Assembly (NCBI GenBank): GCA_964453135.1 | Contig: CAYVOL010000001.1 | Span: 88,895 to 152,894 of the forward strand | Direction: 5' to 3' | DNA length: 64,000 nt | Source: an uncultured Candidatus Saccharibacteria bacterium | GTDB lineage: Bacteria; Patescibacteriota; Minisyncoccia; UBA6257; UBA9933 | Part shown: positions 9,202 through 18,079 of the stretch, piece by piece | Position numbering within the stretch: position 1 is the stretch's first letter | How the letters are laid out: each line of letters starts with the position of its first letter | Position numbers and translations under genes: made by a program | Notes under the pieces: model-generated | Told to the model about the DNA's origin: nothing | Databases searched by the model: none | Seen by the model: the letters and a program-made list of their open reading frames with translations, nothing else

Positions 9202-11556
9202 TTAAGATTTTAGATTTTTCTCCACCCGCTTCAGAAGCACGGCATTCGTGGCCACCACGATCGAAGAAACAGACATGAGGAGCGCGGAAATTTCCGGTCG
9301 GAGCGAAAGGCCGTACGCTTTGTAGAACACTCCGGCGGCAACCGGAATCGCAAGTATGTTGTAAATCGCGGCCCAGAAGAGATTCTGTTTCATTTTCACG
9401 ACTGTCGCCTTGGAAAGGCGGATTGCCGCGACGATGTCGTAAGGATCGGATCTCATGAGCACGATATTGCCCGTTTCTATTGCGACGTCAGTCCCGGCGC
9501 CGATCGCGATGCCGATATCGGCTTGCGCCAAAGCCGGAGCATCATTAATGCCGTCGCCGACCATAGCGACAAATTTCTTCTCGTCTTGAAGCTGTTTTAC
9601 ATATTTCGCTTTCTCTTCCGGCAAAACTTCGGAAAATACGCGATCAATGCCAAGATCGCTTCCTACGACTTCGGCGACTTTTTTGTGATCGCCTGTGATC
9701 ATGACGACTTCGATGCCGAGTCCTTTGAGGCCAGCCACGGCTTTCTTTGCCGATGGTTTCACCATATCCGCGGCGGCAACGACGCCGGCAATATTTCCGC
9801 CGACGGCGAGCAAACTCAACGTTTTTCCTTCCCCAGCGAGGCGATCGAGCGTAGCACGCGCATCGCCGACGTTTACATTATTATTCGCCATCAACTTTTC
9901 TGTTCCAGCAAGCACGGTTTGCCCCTTAATCTCCGCTTTGAGGCCATACCCGGCAACCGACTCAAATTTCTCTATCGGTTCGAGCGGTACCGCACCTCGT
10001 TTCGTCGCTTCTTCCATGATTGCCTTTGCCAAGGGATGGTTAGATCCGAATTCAACACTTGCCTCATAGCGAAGAATTTCCTGCTCCGTGAAGCCGTTGA
10101 AAGCAGCGACATCGGTTACTTTCGGTTTGCCTTCGGTGAGCGTTCCAGTTTTGTCGAGCACGATCGCGTTGAGCCTTGATGTGTTCTCAAGCGTTGCAGC
10201 GTCTTTTATTAAGATACTGTGCTTCGCACCGACGCCGGTTCCGACGGCCACGGCTGTAGGCGTGGCAAGCCCTAAAGCGTCTGGACAAGCAATCACAACC
10301 GTGGAGACGGCAAACGTAAGCGCAGTTAAGAGCCCCGCGGCTGCGATAAAATACCAACCGAGAAATGCCGCAAGACCGGATCCGATCGCGACAATCACAA
10401 GCCAGCCAGCCGCCTTGTCCGCAATACGCTGGCCGGGCGCTTTGGAGTTTTGAGCCGTTTCTACCATCTTGATGATCTGCGCGAGCACCGTTTCGGAGCC
10501 GACCTGCATGGCCATGAACCTCACCGTGCCGTTCTGGTTCACCGAACCGCCGACGACTTTCGCGCCGATGGTTTTTGAAATCGGCATGGATTCGCCCGTT
10601 ACGAGAGATTCATCGATTGAAGTTTCTCCTTCGGTTATTTCGCCGTCAACCGGCACCTTGTCGCCCGGCCGCAGAACGACAATATCGTCGCGGACAATTT
10701 CCGCGCTCGGTATATTCATCTCGACACCACCGCGAATCACGTTCGCTTTCGGCGGCACGAGATCAAAAAGCGCGCGCAAAGCATCCGAGGTGCCGCGCCG
10801 CGATTTCATTTCCATCCAATGGCCGAAAAGCACGAAGGTTACCAGAAGCGCCGCCGCCTCATAAAAAGTTTCCGAATCCGGTTTGATAATCGTGAGAAGT
10901 ACGCTGAAAATATAGGCAGCCAATACGCCGGTGGCAATCAATACTGCCATATTGAGTTTTTTTGCTTTGAGCGAATAGTAGGTGCCGGTGATAAAAATGG
11001 AGCCGGTCCAGAAGACAATCGGCGTCGTGAGTACCAAGAGCGCCCAATTCAAAATCTGAGGCGATGCGATGTGAAGTTTTAGAAGATTCGCGCCGACCGG
11101 CGAGAAGAAGAAAATCGGAATGGACAAAATAAACGATATAAAAAATCTGCGCTTCATGTCGCGCTCCATCTGCTTTGCCATCGAGGGATCGGTCATTGCG
11201 GTCTCGTGATCCATGTGGCTCATCTTCGACATGTCATGCCCGGCGTGCTCGCCGCCCTTTCCGGCTTTTTTCTTCTCCGGAATCAGATCCATGCCGCACC
11301 CGGGGCATTTGCCCGGACCCGATTTGCGCACCTCCGGATGCATGGGACAGGTATAAATCGTTTCCCCACCGCTGTGACCGGCATGCTTCTTGTGCGCCAA
11401 TTTCTCGCCCATGCCGTACTCATATTGCTTCGCCTCCATGCCGCACCCGCAGGTGGCCGCGAGCTTTTCCGCGGCACAACCAAGGCACTCCTTGCCGCAC
11501 GCGCAATTAAGCTTTCTCTCTTTTTCCATATTCATATTGTGATGATCGTGATTCAT
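9202..11556 (-). CDS. copA: Copper-translocating P1B-type ATPase (CopA family). It has a His/Met-rich N-terminus with CxxC motifs and a 'CPMHP...CPGCGM' metal-binding motif. The TM6 motif reads CPD instead of CPC.
   Basis: 'DKTGTLT' phosphorylation site, 'GDGINDAPAL' hinge, 'TGES' actuator, 'IACPDALGLATP' in TM6, eight TM helices, 784 aa. Confidence 0.9.
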   Translation of the reverse strand: MNHDHHNMNMEKERKLNCACGKECLGCAAEKLAATCGCGMEAKQYEYGMGEKLAHKKHAGHSGGETIYTCPMHPEVRKSGPGKCPGCGMDLIPEKKKAGKGGEHAGHDMSKMSHMDHETAMTDPSMAKQMERDMKRRFFISFILSIPIFFFSPVGANLLKLHIASPQILNWALLVLTTPIVFWTGSIFITGTYYSLKAKKLNMAVLIATGVLAAYIFSVLLTIIKPDSETFYEAAALLVTFVLFGHWMEMKSRRGTSDALRALFDLVPPKANVIRGGVEMNIPSAEIVRDDIVVLRPGDKVPVDGEITEGETSIDESLVTGESMPISKTIGAKVVGGSVNQNGTVRFMAMQVGSETVLAQIIKMVETAQNSKAPGQRIADKAAGWLVIVAIGSGLAAFLGWYFIAAAGLLTALTFAVSTVVIACPDALGLATPTAVAVGTGVGAKHSILIKDAATLENTSRLNAIVLDKTGTLTEGKPKVTDVAAFNGFTEQEILRYEASVEFGSNHPLAKAIMEEATKRGAVPLEPIEKFESVAGYGLKAEIKGQTVLAGTEKLMANNNVNVGDARATLDRLAGEGKTLSLLAVGGNIAGVVAAADMVKPSAKKAVAGLKGLGIEVVMITGDHKKVAEVVGSDLGIDRVFSEVLPEEKAKYVKQLQDEKKFVAMVGDGINDAPALAQADIGIAIGAGTDVAIETGNIVLMRSDPYDIVAAIRLSKATVVKMKQNLFWAAIYNILAIPVAAGVFYKAYGLSLRPEISALLMSVSSIVVATNAVLLKRVEKNLKS

Positions 11557-11909
11557 TGGTTGGAAATGTTTTTATCTAAAAATAATGTCATGGCCATAGG
11601 CAGGAATCCAGCTTCCTCTAGAATTTCGAGCGGCGCTCCCCGCACTGCCATGACGCCGATGATCCAGATTGCAGCCCAGAGCGCCGTCCGCCGGATTCCG
11701 ATGTTGAGGAAAAGCAGCAGGGCGACGATCACGTCATTGATGCCGATCAGAACGACAAATGTGTTTGCGGCAACTGGTAGGATATTCGTTGCGAACGATC
11801 CATTGAGGAGCTCGATGAACTCCGCTGGCGCGAAGAATGCGGTCAATGCGTTTGCGAGGAACGCGAGCCCGAGGCCGATGCGGATGAGGAATCGATAGTT
11901 ATGGATCAT
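11553..11909 (-). CDS. Small four-TM membrane protein (DoxX-like); first gene of the copA operon. Start reassigned to MIHNYRF.
   Basis: Hydrophobic 118 aa. The ORF-track start at 11921 lies inside the predicted -10 box; the ATG at 11907-11909 follows the promoter. Its stop overlaps the copA start. Confidence 0.45.
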   Translation of the reverse strand: MIHNYRFLIRIGLGLAFLANALTAFFAPAEFIELLNGSFATNILPVAANTFVVLIGINDVIVALLLFLNIGIRRTALWAAIWIIGVMAVRGAPLEILEEAGFLPMAMTLFLDKNISNQ

Positions 11910-11911
11910 GG

Positions 11912-11949
11912 CTATTTCCATAATACCCCCATGGGGTATTTGCTGTCAA
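11912..11949 (-). promoter_or_regulatory. Sigma70-like promoter, TTGACA-N18-TATTAT, reading on the minus strand. The spacer holds a perfect palindrome ATACCCCCATGGGGTAT, a CsoR-type operator (copy 1). It drives the DoxX-like/copA operon.
   Basis: Minus-strand read: GTTGACAgcaaATACCCCATGGGGGTATTATggaaatagccATG. The arms ATACCCC/GGGGTAT match the G/C-tract inverted repeats bound by CsoR-family repressors. A second copy lies at 19525-19551. Confidence 0.55.
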
Positions 11950-12658
11950 CTGCGCGCCCTTTCCGCCATGCCAAATGCTCATATACGCTCGACCAGAGGA
12001 AACCCAAGCCGAAGGCGAACATCAGCTCCTCGAGCGGGATGCCGGCAAGGAGGATTCCCGAAATTGCGGGCAGATTCCAGACGCGCTCGACGTACCCCGG
12101 ATATACCGCAATGAGCGTAAGAAAATAAAGGAAATACAAACCTAGGAACAAGAATGCGCTTGTAATCATCTTCTTTTTGAGATCGGGGCGGCAGTACCAT
12201 GTGGCAAACCCTCCCGCGATCATGGCGATGAATGCGGAATAGATGGGATTGAGGCGAGTCGCGGCAAGAAACGCGGCGAAAATGATCGGGGCGGAAAGAA
12301 GCGACCAGAGGTGGTATTTGTGCCGAGGATCGTGCCGCTCCATGAAAGAGACCGGCTCGTGGCGCACCTTGAATATCCAGTCGTAGAGCGCCACCGCAAT
12401 GCCGCCCATTGCGAACGAGAAAATTATGCTTTCGATATCAAAGCCCGTTCGGTGCGCAAGATCAAAGAGCGAGGGCGGATTCCAGTACGCCGGAACGAAA
12501 AGCGGCTCGGTGAAACCGAGAAGCGATGTCCACAAACTCACGAGAAACATTTCTTTTCTTCCTTCTCTGCTCCGGAACGCGAAATAGATAAATGCCCAAA
12601 TCGCAAGAAGCAACAAACTCCAGAGCAGCCACGCGAATTGCGGTTCATGCGGACTCAT
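11912..12658 (-). CDS. Polytopic membrane protein (248 aa) with 'PLEEL' motifs reminiscent of lycopene-cyclase-domain (CrtYcd-like) proteins; function unknown
   Basis: ORF track; multiple TM helices; motifs 'EPLFVPAYW' and 'GIPLEELMFAFG'. The 5' end overlaps the promoter region by a few nucleotides, so the true start may be internal. Confidence 0.45.
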   Translation of the reverse strand: MSPHEPQFAWLLWSLLLLAIWAFIYFAFRSREGRKEMFLVSLWTSLLGFTEPLFVPAYWNPPSLFDLAHRTGFDIESIIFSFAMGGIAVALYDWIFKVRHEPVSFMERHDPRHKYHLWSLLSAPIIFAAFLAATRLNPIYSAFIAMIAGGFATWYCRPDLKKKMITSAFLFLGLYFLYFLTLIAVYPGYVERVWNLPAISGILLAGIPLEELMFAFGLGFLWSSVYEHLAWRKGRAVDSKYPMGVLWK

Positions 12659-12665
12659 GCTCTAA

Positions 12666-12851
12666 TTATATTCCTTCTTTTCTTTTTTTCGATGGACTGA
12701 CTCCCTCCGGAATATATTTGATCGGCGTTTTCTCGAATTCCTCCTTGCATGCTTTGCAGCAGAAGTAAAAGTTGTTGCCGCCGTATTTCAAGATCGCATA
12801 CTCCTGCTTTCGCCGAAGCTTCTTCCCACACACAGGATCAACGTTGAACAT
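12666..12851 (-). CDS. YHS-domain (TRASH-like) small metal-binding protein
   Basis: 'DPVCGKKL...YGGNNFYFCCKACKEEF' is the YHS-domain pattern; 61 aa. Confidence 0.7.
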   Translation of the reverse strand: MFNVDPVCGKKLRRKQEYAILKYGGNNFYFCCKACKEEFEKTPIKYIPEGVSPSKKRKEGI

Positions 12852-12863
12852 GATTTTGGTTGG

Positions 12864-13514
12864 TTAATTTTGTTTCGACCGCAATTTCGGAATAAACGAC
12901 GGCACGCGTGCCGCATAGGCGCCCCACGCGGGCCCGAATTCTTTCTGTGATTCTTTTTCTTCACTCCGTGCCAAACGAACGTACGCCACGATAAGAATCG
13001 GAAACATGGCGAGGGTGACGAGCGTCGGCCACTGAAGCAGAAACCCAAGCATGATGATGACGAAGGCGGCGTACTGCGGATGGCGGATGCGCGCATACGG
13101 GCCTATGGTTGCAAGCGCATGCTGTTTCTGCGCGGCATGCAAGACATCCCACGCCTTGGCGAGCAGTATGAAGCCGAAGCCGATCAGGATGTAGCTTGCG
13201 ATGTGGAAGGGTCCGAAATGCGGATCCCCGCCCCAGCCAAAAAGGTCTTCCAAGAGATGGCCGGAGTTATGTGCCAAAAGGTCAATGCCCGGCACGCGCT
13301 TCACTAGCCATCCCGAAACGAGATAGATCGTGAGCGGGAATCCGTACATCTCGGTGAAGAGCGCGACGATGAACGCCGAGAATCCGCCGAGCGATCGCCA
13401 GTCGCGGGCGGTTTTCGGCTTCACGAAACTGGTCGCAAACGCGATAAAGATCGCTGAGTTGATGATGACGAGCGGCCAGAGGCCGTAACCGTTTTCCATG
13501 GAAGTTAATGGCAA
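12864..13514 (-). CDS. Isoprenylcysteine carboxyl methyltransferase (ICMT/PEMT) family membrane methyltransferase
   Basis: 'GPYARIRHPQYAAFVIIMLG' signature plus multiple TM helices. Confidence 0.75.
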   Translation of the reverse strand: MPLTSMENGYGLWPLVIINSAIFIAFATSFVKPKTARDWRSLGGFSAFIVALFTEMYGFPLTIYLVSGWLVKRVPGIDLLAHNSGHLLEDLFGWGGDPHFGPFHIASYILIGFGFILLAKAWDVLHAAQKQHALATIGPYARIRHPQYAAFVIIMLGFLLQWPTLVTLAMFPILIVAYVRLARSEEKESQKEFGPAWGAYAARVPSFIPKLRSKQN

Positions 13515-13780
13515 CAGGAGTGTCCTCCGCCGTGCTTGATTGATTCGGCCTTTTTGGGATCAGCTGCCGCGTGGCTCGAATGATCTTCGGTATCTTGCGA
13601 TCCATGCCCGCGACGCATCATCCAAAGATGCGCAACAACCATCCCGCCGATAATGAGGATAAACGGCCATGATCTGACCCCTCCCCCGGCGGCGAAGATG
13701 ACGAAACCGAGGATAAGCAGGCATGGCAGCATCATCCATATCATGGATGAATTGTGCTTTTCGTTGTTGTTGTCGTTCAT
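13505..13780 (-). CDS. DUF2933-like small membrane protein with a His/Cys-rich C-terminus (start set at MNDNNNEKH)
   Basis: Single TM helix 'MIWMMLPCLLILGFVIFAAGG', 'HLWMMRRGHG...HGGGHSCCH'. The family is typical of metal-resistance loci. Family assignment is from recall. Confidence 0.5.
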   Translation of the reverse strand: MNDNNNEKHNSSMIWMMLPCLLILGFVIFAAGGGVRSWPFILIIGGMVVAHLWMMRRGHGSQDTEDHSSHAAADPKKAESIKHGGGHSCCH

Positions 13781-13929
13781 GTTTTTGAGATTTAATTTGT
13801 ATTCTACCTTTGCTATGCCGCATATTTTTCCGAATCTCCGTCGAAGTGCTCCTTGCAAGATTGCAAACAAAAGTAATTGAGCAGCCGTTAACCAGCGGAT
13901 TATCCGCGTAGCTGCAAACGCCCGTATTA

Positions 13930-14193
13930 CTACTTTTTCTCGATTAAGCTCGTGTTATGCATCCAGACGTAGTACCACGCGAAGATCCACGAGAAGGCAA
14001 ACGCGTAGAGCGCCATCAGGATGAAGCCGCCGAATGTACCCCACGTAACGCCGGGAAACGTTTCGAAAATCTGGTGGTGCAGCTGGATTCCCGCGTCAGA
14101 TCGAAGCGGCAAAAATCCTCCAAGCCAGCAGACGACAAGCACGATTTCCCCGCCCAAAACGCAAAGCCATCCGTATCGTTTGAGTGAAAGCAT
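13930..14193 (-). CDS. Small two-TM membrane protein, hypothetical
   Basis: ORF track; hydrophobic; same-strand packing within the island. Confidence 0.4.
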   Translation of the reverse strand: MLSLKRYGWLCVLGGEIVLVVCWLGGFLPLRSDAGIQLHHQIFETFPGVTWGTFGGFILMALYAFAFSWIFAWYYVWMHNTSLIEKK

Positions 14194-14202
14194 GTTGGTA
14201 AA

Positions 14203-14589
14203 TTATTTTATGTTATCGACGACCTTTTTTAATTTCTCTTCTACCTGCGCGGCGATATCGGCCAGGACGCGGTTTTTAACCATCCCCATCGCCGCAGTCG
14301 GCAGAATTGCAGATACATATGTTTTCTTGCCATCCTCGTAGACAATCACATTGCACGGCAGGAGGAGCCCAATATCCTTTTCCGTTTTCAATGCTTCGTA
14401 GGCGAGCGGCGGATTGCACGCGCCCAAGATGAGGTAATTTTCGTATTCAACATCAAGCTTCTTCTTGAGCGTCTCTTTCACGTCGATCTCCGTAAGTACG
14501 CCGAATCCTTCTTTTTGCAATTCGGATTTTATTTTCTCTACCGCTTCCTCGAACGGAAGTGAGATTTGTCTTTTATAGCCGTAGTTCAT
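14203..14589 (-). CDS. DUF302-domain protein
   Basis: 'GFGVLTEIDVKETLKKKL...YLILGACNPPLAYEAL' matches the DUF302 pattern; 128 aa. Confidence 0.7.
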   Translation of the reverse strand: MNYGYKRQISLPFEEAVEKIKSELQKEGFGVLTEIDVKETLKKKLDVEYENYLILGACNPPLAYEALKTEKDIGLLLPCNVIVYEDGKKTYVSAILPTAAMGMVKNRVLADIAAQVEEKLKKVVDNIK

Positions 14590-14619
14590 TTTATTTTTTC
14601 TATATTCTTGCTTCGGCCT

Positions 14620-15075
14620 TTAAAGCTGCCACGTAAATTTCCGCTCGCTTATCCCACCCACATCGCGGACGATGACCGTAATGGATGCGGGTTTGGGCGA
14701 AATCTGCGCAAAGACAAGCGTGCCGTTCCGGTGGTGCCCGCCGGGCGGTGGTCCTTCCCATCTGATCGGCGCAACTGTATCGCCCCGATCATCGGTGAGC
14801 GTCACGATTTTTGTCATGTCTTCATCAAGGCTTCCCGCGTGCGTATTAAGACCAACGCCGATGCTCCATTCGCCTGAAGAGAGATCTATCGGCTGGACTT
14901 GAACTTCTATTGTGCCCTGCGAATCGTATTTTGCTTCGTATACGGACGCTGAGGAATTTCCCTGCGGCAAAACAGCCGCTGGCGCCGGTTCTTTTCTTGA
15001 TCCAATGAGCGCCCAGAGAAAAAATCCGGCAGCGGCAATCACAAGAATAGTTATGATGAGATTTGATTTTTTCAT
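14620..15075 (-). CDS. Membrane-anchored or secreted hypothetical protein (151 aa)
   Basis: N-terminal signal anchor 'LIITILVIAAAGFFLWALIG'; no recognised domain. Confidence 0.45.
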   Translation of the reverse strand: MKKSNLIITILVIAAAGFFLWALIGSRKEPAPAAVLPQGNSSASVYEAKYDSQGTIEVQVQPIDLSSGEWSIGVGLNTHAGSLDEDMTKIVTLTDDRGDTVAPIRWEGPPPGGHHRNGTLVFAQISPKPASITVIVRDVGGISERKFTWQL

Positions 15076-15515
15076 TGGCTGTGTCGTTTAAATTTCATGA
15101 TTCGACTATACAGGAACGCAATGCCGCCAAGATTGAATGCGATGCCGACCCAGAAAAACTGCACTTGATAGACGCTGATGAACGACACGAAGGCCGAGAC
15201 GCCTAATACCGGCAGGATATTCACGAGATAATGGGCACAGCAGGAAATTATCGCTCCAGTCGAGGTGGCGCCAGTTACCGCAAGCAGCTTGCCGCTCGGA
15301 TCTTTGGCGCGCACCAATGCCTTGAGATAGCTATATAAGCCGACTTGGATTCCAAAACCAGACGCAAGACTTATAATGAAGTACCAAAACTGCGAGAACT
15401 GGCTCGCCGCAAATATTAGCCCCGATATCACAGACACAACCCCGAAATAAACCGCAAGGAGAATGGCTGCTGCTTCAAATCCTTTTATGATTGATGGGGC
15501 AATGATGCGATCCAT
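15072..15515 (-). CDS. Four-TM membrane protein, hypothetical (contains 'CCAHY')
   Basis: ORF track; hydrophobic; its stop overlaps the start of the upstream gene (15072/15075). Confidence 0.45.
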   Translation of the reverse strand: MDRIIAPSIIKGFEAAAILLAVYFGVVSVISGLIFAASQFSQFWYFIISLASGFGIQVGLYSYLKALVRAKDPSGKLLAVTGATSTGAIISCCAHYLVNILPVLGVSAFVSFISVYQVQFFWVGIAFNLGGIAFLYSRIMKFKRHSQ

Positions 15516-15517
15516 AG

Positions 15518-16141
15518 TTATTTCAACTTGGCGAGTTCTGTTGCGACCTTGTCGTTGTCAATCGCCATATTCGGATCGTCGAACGTATAGCGTACAATCC
15601 CCTGTTTGTCGACAAGAACGAAGCTGTGTCCAGGAAACGATCCGTAGTGCATCGAGGAAGGAACCGCGAGCATGCCGAATTTCCGCGAAACGGATTTGTC
15701 GGTATCGAAGAGCAGCGTCGCCTTTCCTAGTTCTGGCATTTTCTGCACCGCGCTCTGCCAGCTCGACGGCTGGTCTATTACCACCGAGAAGGCAACCGTG
15801 TCCGGTCCCGTAAACCGAGGATCGGTTGCAAGCGATACCATCTGGTTCCAGCACGCGGGGTAACACATGATGCCTTCGTTAAAGAATAACACCGCTTTTT
15901 TCCCTTTCAAGCTCTCATTTGAGTATTCGGTCCCGTTGCGGTCCCGGAGCGAAAATGCCGGAACAGCTTTTCCTATGAGATCGCCATAGGATCCCGAAGA
16001 GTCCGAACCGCCAGAGTGCATTGGATCGCCGGTTGTCCCTCCTGATTGCGAATTTCCGCGGCTCATGAAATAGAAGCCGCCAACGACGAATGCGATGATC
16101 GCGATGCCCGCGACAATTGTTGATGTGTTTTTATTTTTCAT
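15518..16141 (-). CDS. Thioredoxin-fold redoxin (TlpA/ResA/AhpC-TSA-like thiol-disulfide oxidoreductase), membrane-anchored
   Basis: N-terminal TM helix, 'KAVLFFNEGIMCYPACWNQ' CxxC active site, thioredoxin-fold length. Confidence 0.7.
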   Translation of the reverse strand: MKNKNTSTIVAGIAIIAFVVGGFYFMSRGNSQSGGTTGDPMHSGGSDSSGSYGDLIGKAVPAFSLRDRNGTEYSNESLKGKKAVLFFNEGIMCYPACWNQMVSLATDPRFTGPDTVAFSVVIDQPSSWQSAVQKMPELGKATLLFDTDKSVSRKFGMLAVPSSMHYGSFPGHSFVLVDKQGIVRYTFDDPNMAIDNDKVATELAKLK

Positions 16142-17043
16142 GGTTGTTGTTTTTCTTTTTTCCCGCCCGAGGCGGATCCGCCTTCGGCGGAAAGCTGGCG
16201 GATGCCGGTTGCCGCGAGCCAGGCGAAAATCACCACAATGAGAATCGCCCAGACGAACTGCGGCACGCCGCCGATGAATTGGTTAAGCCACATTTGGACT
16301 TTTGTAAGGAAGATGTTCACGTTGATCTGTAATTCGGAATGCATGGCGACATTGCCGGTCAATGCCCATATCAAGGTCAATACGCCCATAACCGCGAAGG
16401 TCGCTCCGGCGAGGAAATCCGATATCCGAAATGTTTTATCTTTTCCGAAGATGCGGACCGTGACTGGCTTCCGCGCACCAAAAAGCCGATCAGTCAAATG
16501 CGAGCGATCAAACATCAAAGAAAGAGCAAAGAGCGGCGCGACCATGCCGAGCACATATGCCAAAGTATAGACGATTCCCCAGAGGTACGACCCCGGGAGC
16601 ATAGAGAGCGCAAGCGCTCCCGCCAATACCGGCGCACAGCAGGTGGTCGCAATGCCGGAAAAAATGCCCAGCATATAAACGGACCCGATGCTTTCCTTTC
16701 CGGTAAGTTCCGGCTTCGGCCGAAACCGCTTCGGTAGCGCAAACCGGCGGCCAGTAAGAAGTGAGATGCCGAGCGCAAGTAGCACTAATCCGATGACAGT
16801 AAAGATTATCGAGTGGTAGCGGCTGAAAATCTGGCCGAGCGCCGAGATGCCAAGTCCGAGCGGCAGGAAAACCGTCATGATGCCGAGAAAGAAAATGAAT
16901 GTCATCAAAAACACCTTCCGACGCGTCCTAAAGATCGAACCGAGATACGACGGCAGAAGCACTGTAACACAACATGGGGCGAAAAGCGCCGCTACCCCTG
17001 CGATGAATGCCGCTATAAGCGATGTGCCAATGAGTATTTCCAT
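16138..17043 (-). CDS. ccdA: Cytochrome c biogenesis protein CcdA / DsbD-family transmembrane thiol-disulfide electron transporter
   Basis: 'FIAGVAALFAPCCVTVLLPSYLGS' and a second conserved Cys ('ATTCCAPVLAGAL') in a polytopic membrane protein. Confidence 0.8.
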   Translation of the reverse strand: MEILIGTSLIAAFIAGVAALFAPCCVTVLLPSYLGSIFRTRRKVFLMTFIFFLGIMTVFLPLGLGISALGQIFSRYHSIIFTVIGLVLLALGISLLTGRRFALPKRFRPKPELTGKESIGSVYMLGIFSGIATTCCAPVLAGALALSMLPGSYLWGIVYTLAYVLGMVAPLFALSLMFDRSHLTDRLFGARKPVTVRIFGKDKTFRISDFLAGATFAVMGVLTLIWALTGNVAMHSELQINVNIFLTKVQMWLNQFIGGVPQFVWAILIVVIFAWLAATGIRQLSAEGGSASGGKKEKQQP

Positions 17044-17047
17044 AGCG

Positions 17048-18079
17048 TTATACCCCGCAACCGCCTTGTTGCCTCTGCGGCTGAATTATTTGCGACTGTC
17101 CGCTGTCCACGCCGCATCCGCCTGGGCGTTGCGTCGGCGGTTCGGGAACGACAAGCGATTGAATTCTCGCGTATCCTTGTATGCTTGAGTACGAAGCTCC
17201 CAGTACTTCAGCCGGATTCACCGATGACCAATTCGTTCCTTTGCTTTGGAAGTATCGCGCAATAGTCCGGTAGGTGTCCGGAAACCAGTAGGAGTTCACG
17301 GCGAGCGCGGTTTTGTACATTTGATCTTCGCTCGCGCCCTGCGAAGCCATGAGCTCTAAGAGCCCAAGCATCGCCATGCCGTGGTTGCAATCCGGAAAGT
17401 ACGTCGAGTTACCGCAACAGGGGCGGTAGATTCCCTTGGCAACCTTTTCAACGAGCGCCTGCTGATCCTCTGTAAGCGCCACAAACTGATGCTTTGAGTA
17501 ATGACTCATGGCATTACCAACGGCAATCGTCCATCCGCCGGTTGATGCAAACCTGCCCGCTCCGCCATACTGCGGATCTTGCATTGGACCTTGCTCAAGA
17601 ATCCGGTTCTTATTGCCAAGACCGAACGCCCAAAGAAGATTCAATACCGCGCCGCTATTCTGCGGAGTAATTTTAAGGTTGCCGTTATCGGGCGAATCAA
17701 GCAACGCCTGCACATCAGAAGGCATTCCTCCGCGTTGCGCATAGAGAGCCTTGAATTGCGTTTCGTCAACTACGCCCGACTGCGCAAGTCGCTTGCCAAG
17801 ATCGCCCCAGCGCACCGGCAGCGCGACGCCTTCCTGCGGCGTAATCGCCTCGGTCAAGGCATCAGCCGATTGCGCGGAGCTCTGTTGCTGCTTCACTGCT
17901 TTGCTTCTTTCCGCCTTCAATCCGGTAGTATATATCCATGTTCCGGAAAACACGAGGACGGAAATAAGAATGCTCCACGCGAGGAAATGGTCTTTTTTCG
18001 GCTGCTCAGGATTGGAGCTTTCGTTATTTAATTCCGCGCGCTCTTCTATTATTTTATCATTGTCTTCCATGTTATTCAT
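17048..18079 (-). CDS. Hypothetical exported or membrane-anchored protein with conserved cysteines ('YRPCCGNSTYFPDCNHGMAM') and a C-terminal 'GGCGV' duplication
   Basis: ORF track; N-terminal TM segment; Cys motifs; no family recognised. Confidence 0.45.
   Translation of the reverse strand: MNNMEDNDKIIEERAELNNESSNPEQPKKDHFLAWSILISVLVFSGTWIYTTGLKAERSKAVKQQQSSAQSADALTEAITPQEGVALPVRWGDLGKRLAQSGVVDETQFKALYAQRGGMPSDVQALLDSPDNGNLKITPQNSGAVLNLLWAFGLGNKNRILEQGPMQDPQYGGAGRFASTGGWTIAVGNAMSHYSKHQFVALTEDQQALVEKVAKGIYRPCCGNSTYFPDCNHGMAMLGLLELMASQGASEDQMYKTALAVNSYWFPDTYRTIARYFQSKGTNWSSVNPAEVLGASYSSIQGYARIQSLVVPEPPTQRPGGCGVDSGQSQIIQPQRQQGGCGV

Noticed and set aside
9523-11898. Long antisense or alternate-frame ORFs inside the GC-rich island (for example 9523..10179 +, 9695..10069 +, 10088..10453 +, 10469..10864 +, 11206..11898 +, 20157..20867 -)
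   Set aside because: They overlap the well-supported copA, DoxX-like and membrane-protein genes. They have Arg/Pro/Ala-rich low-complexity translations typical of spurious ORFs in high-GC DNA, and they lack starts with sensible context.
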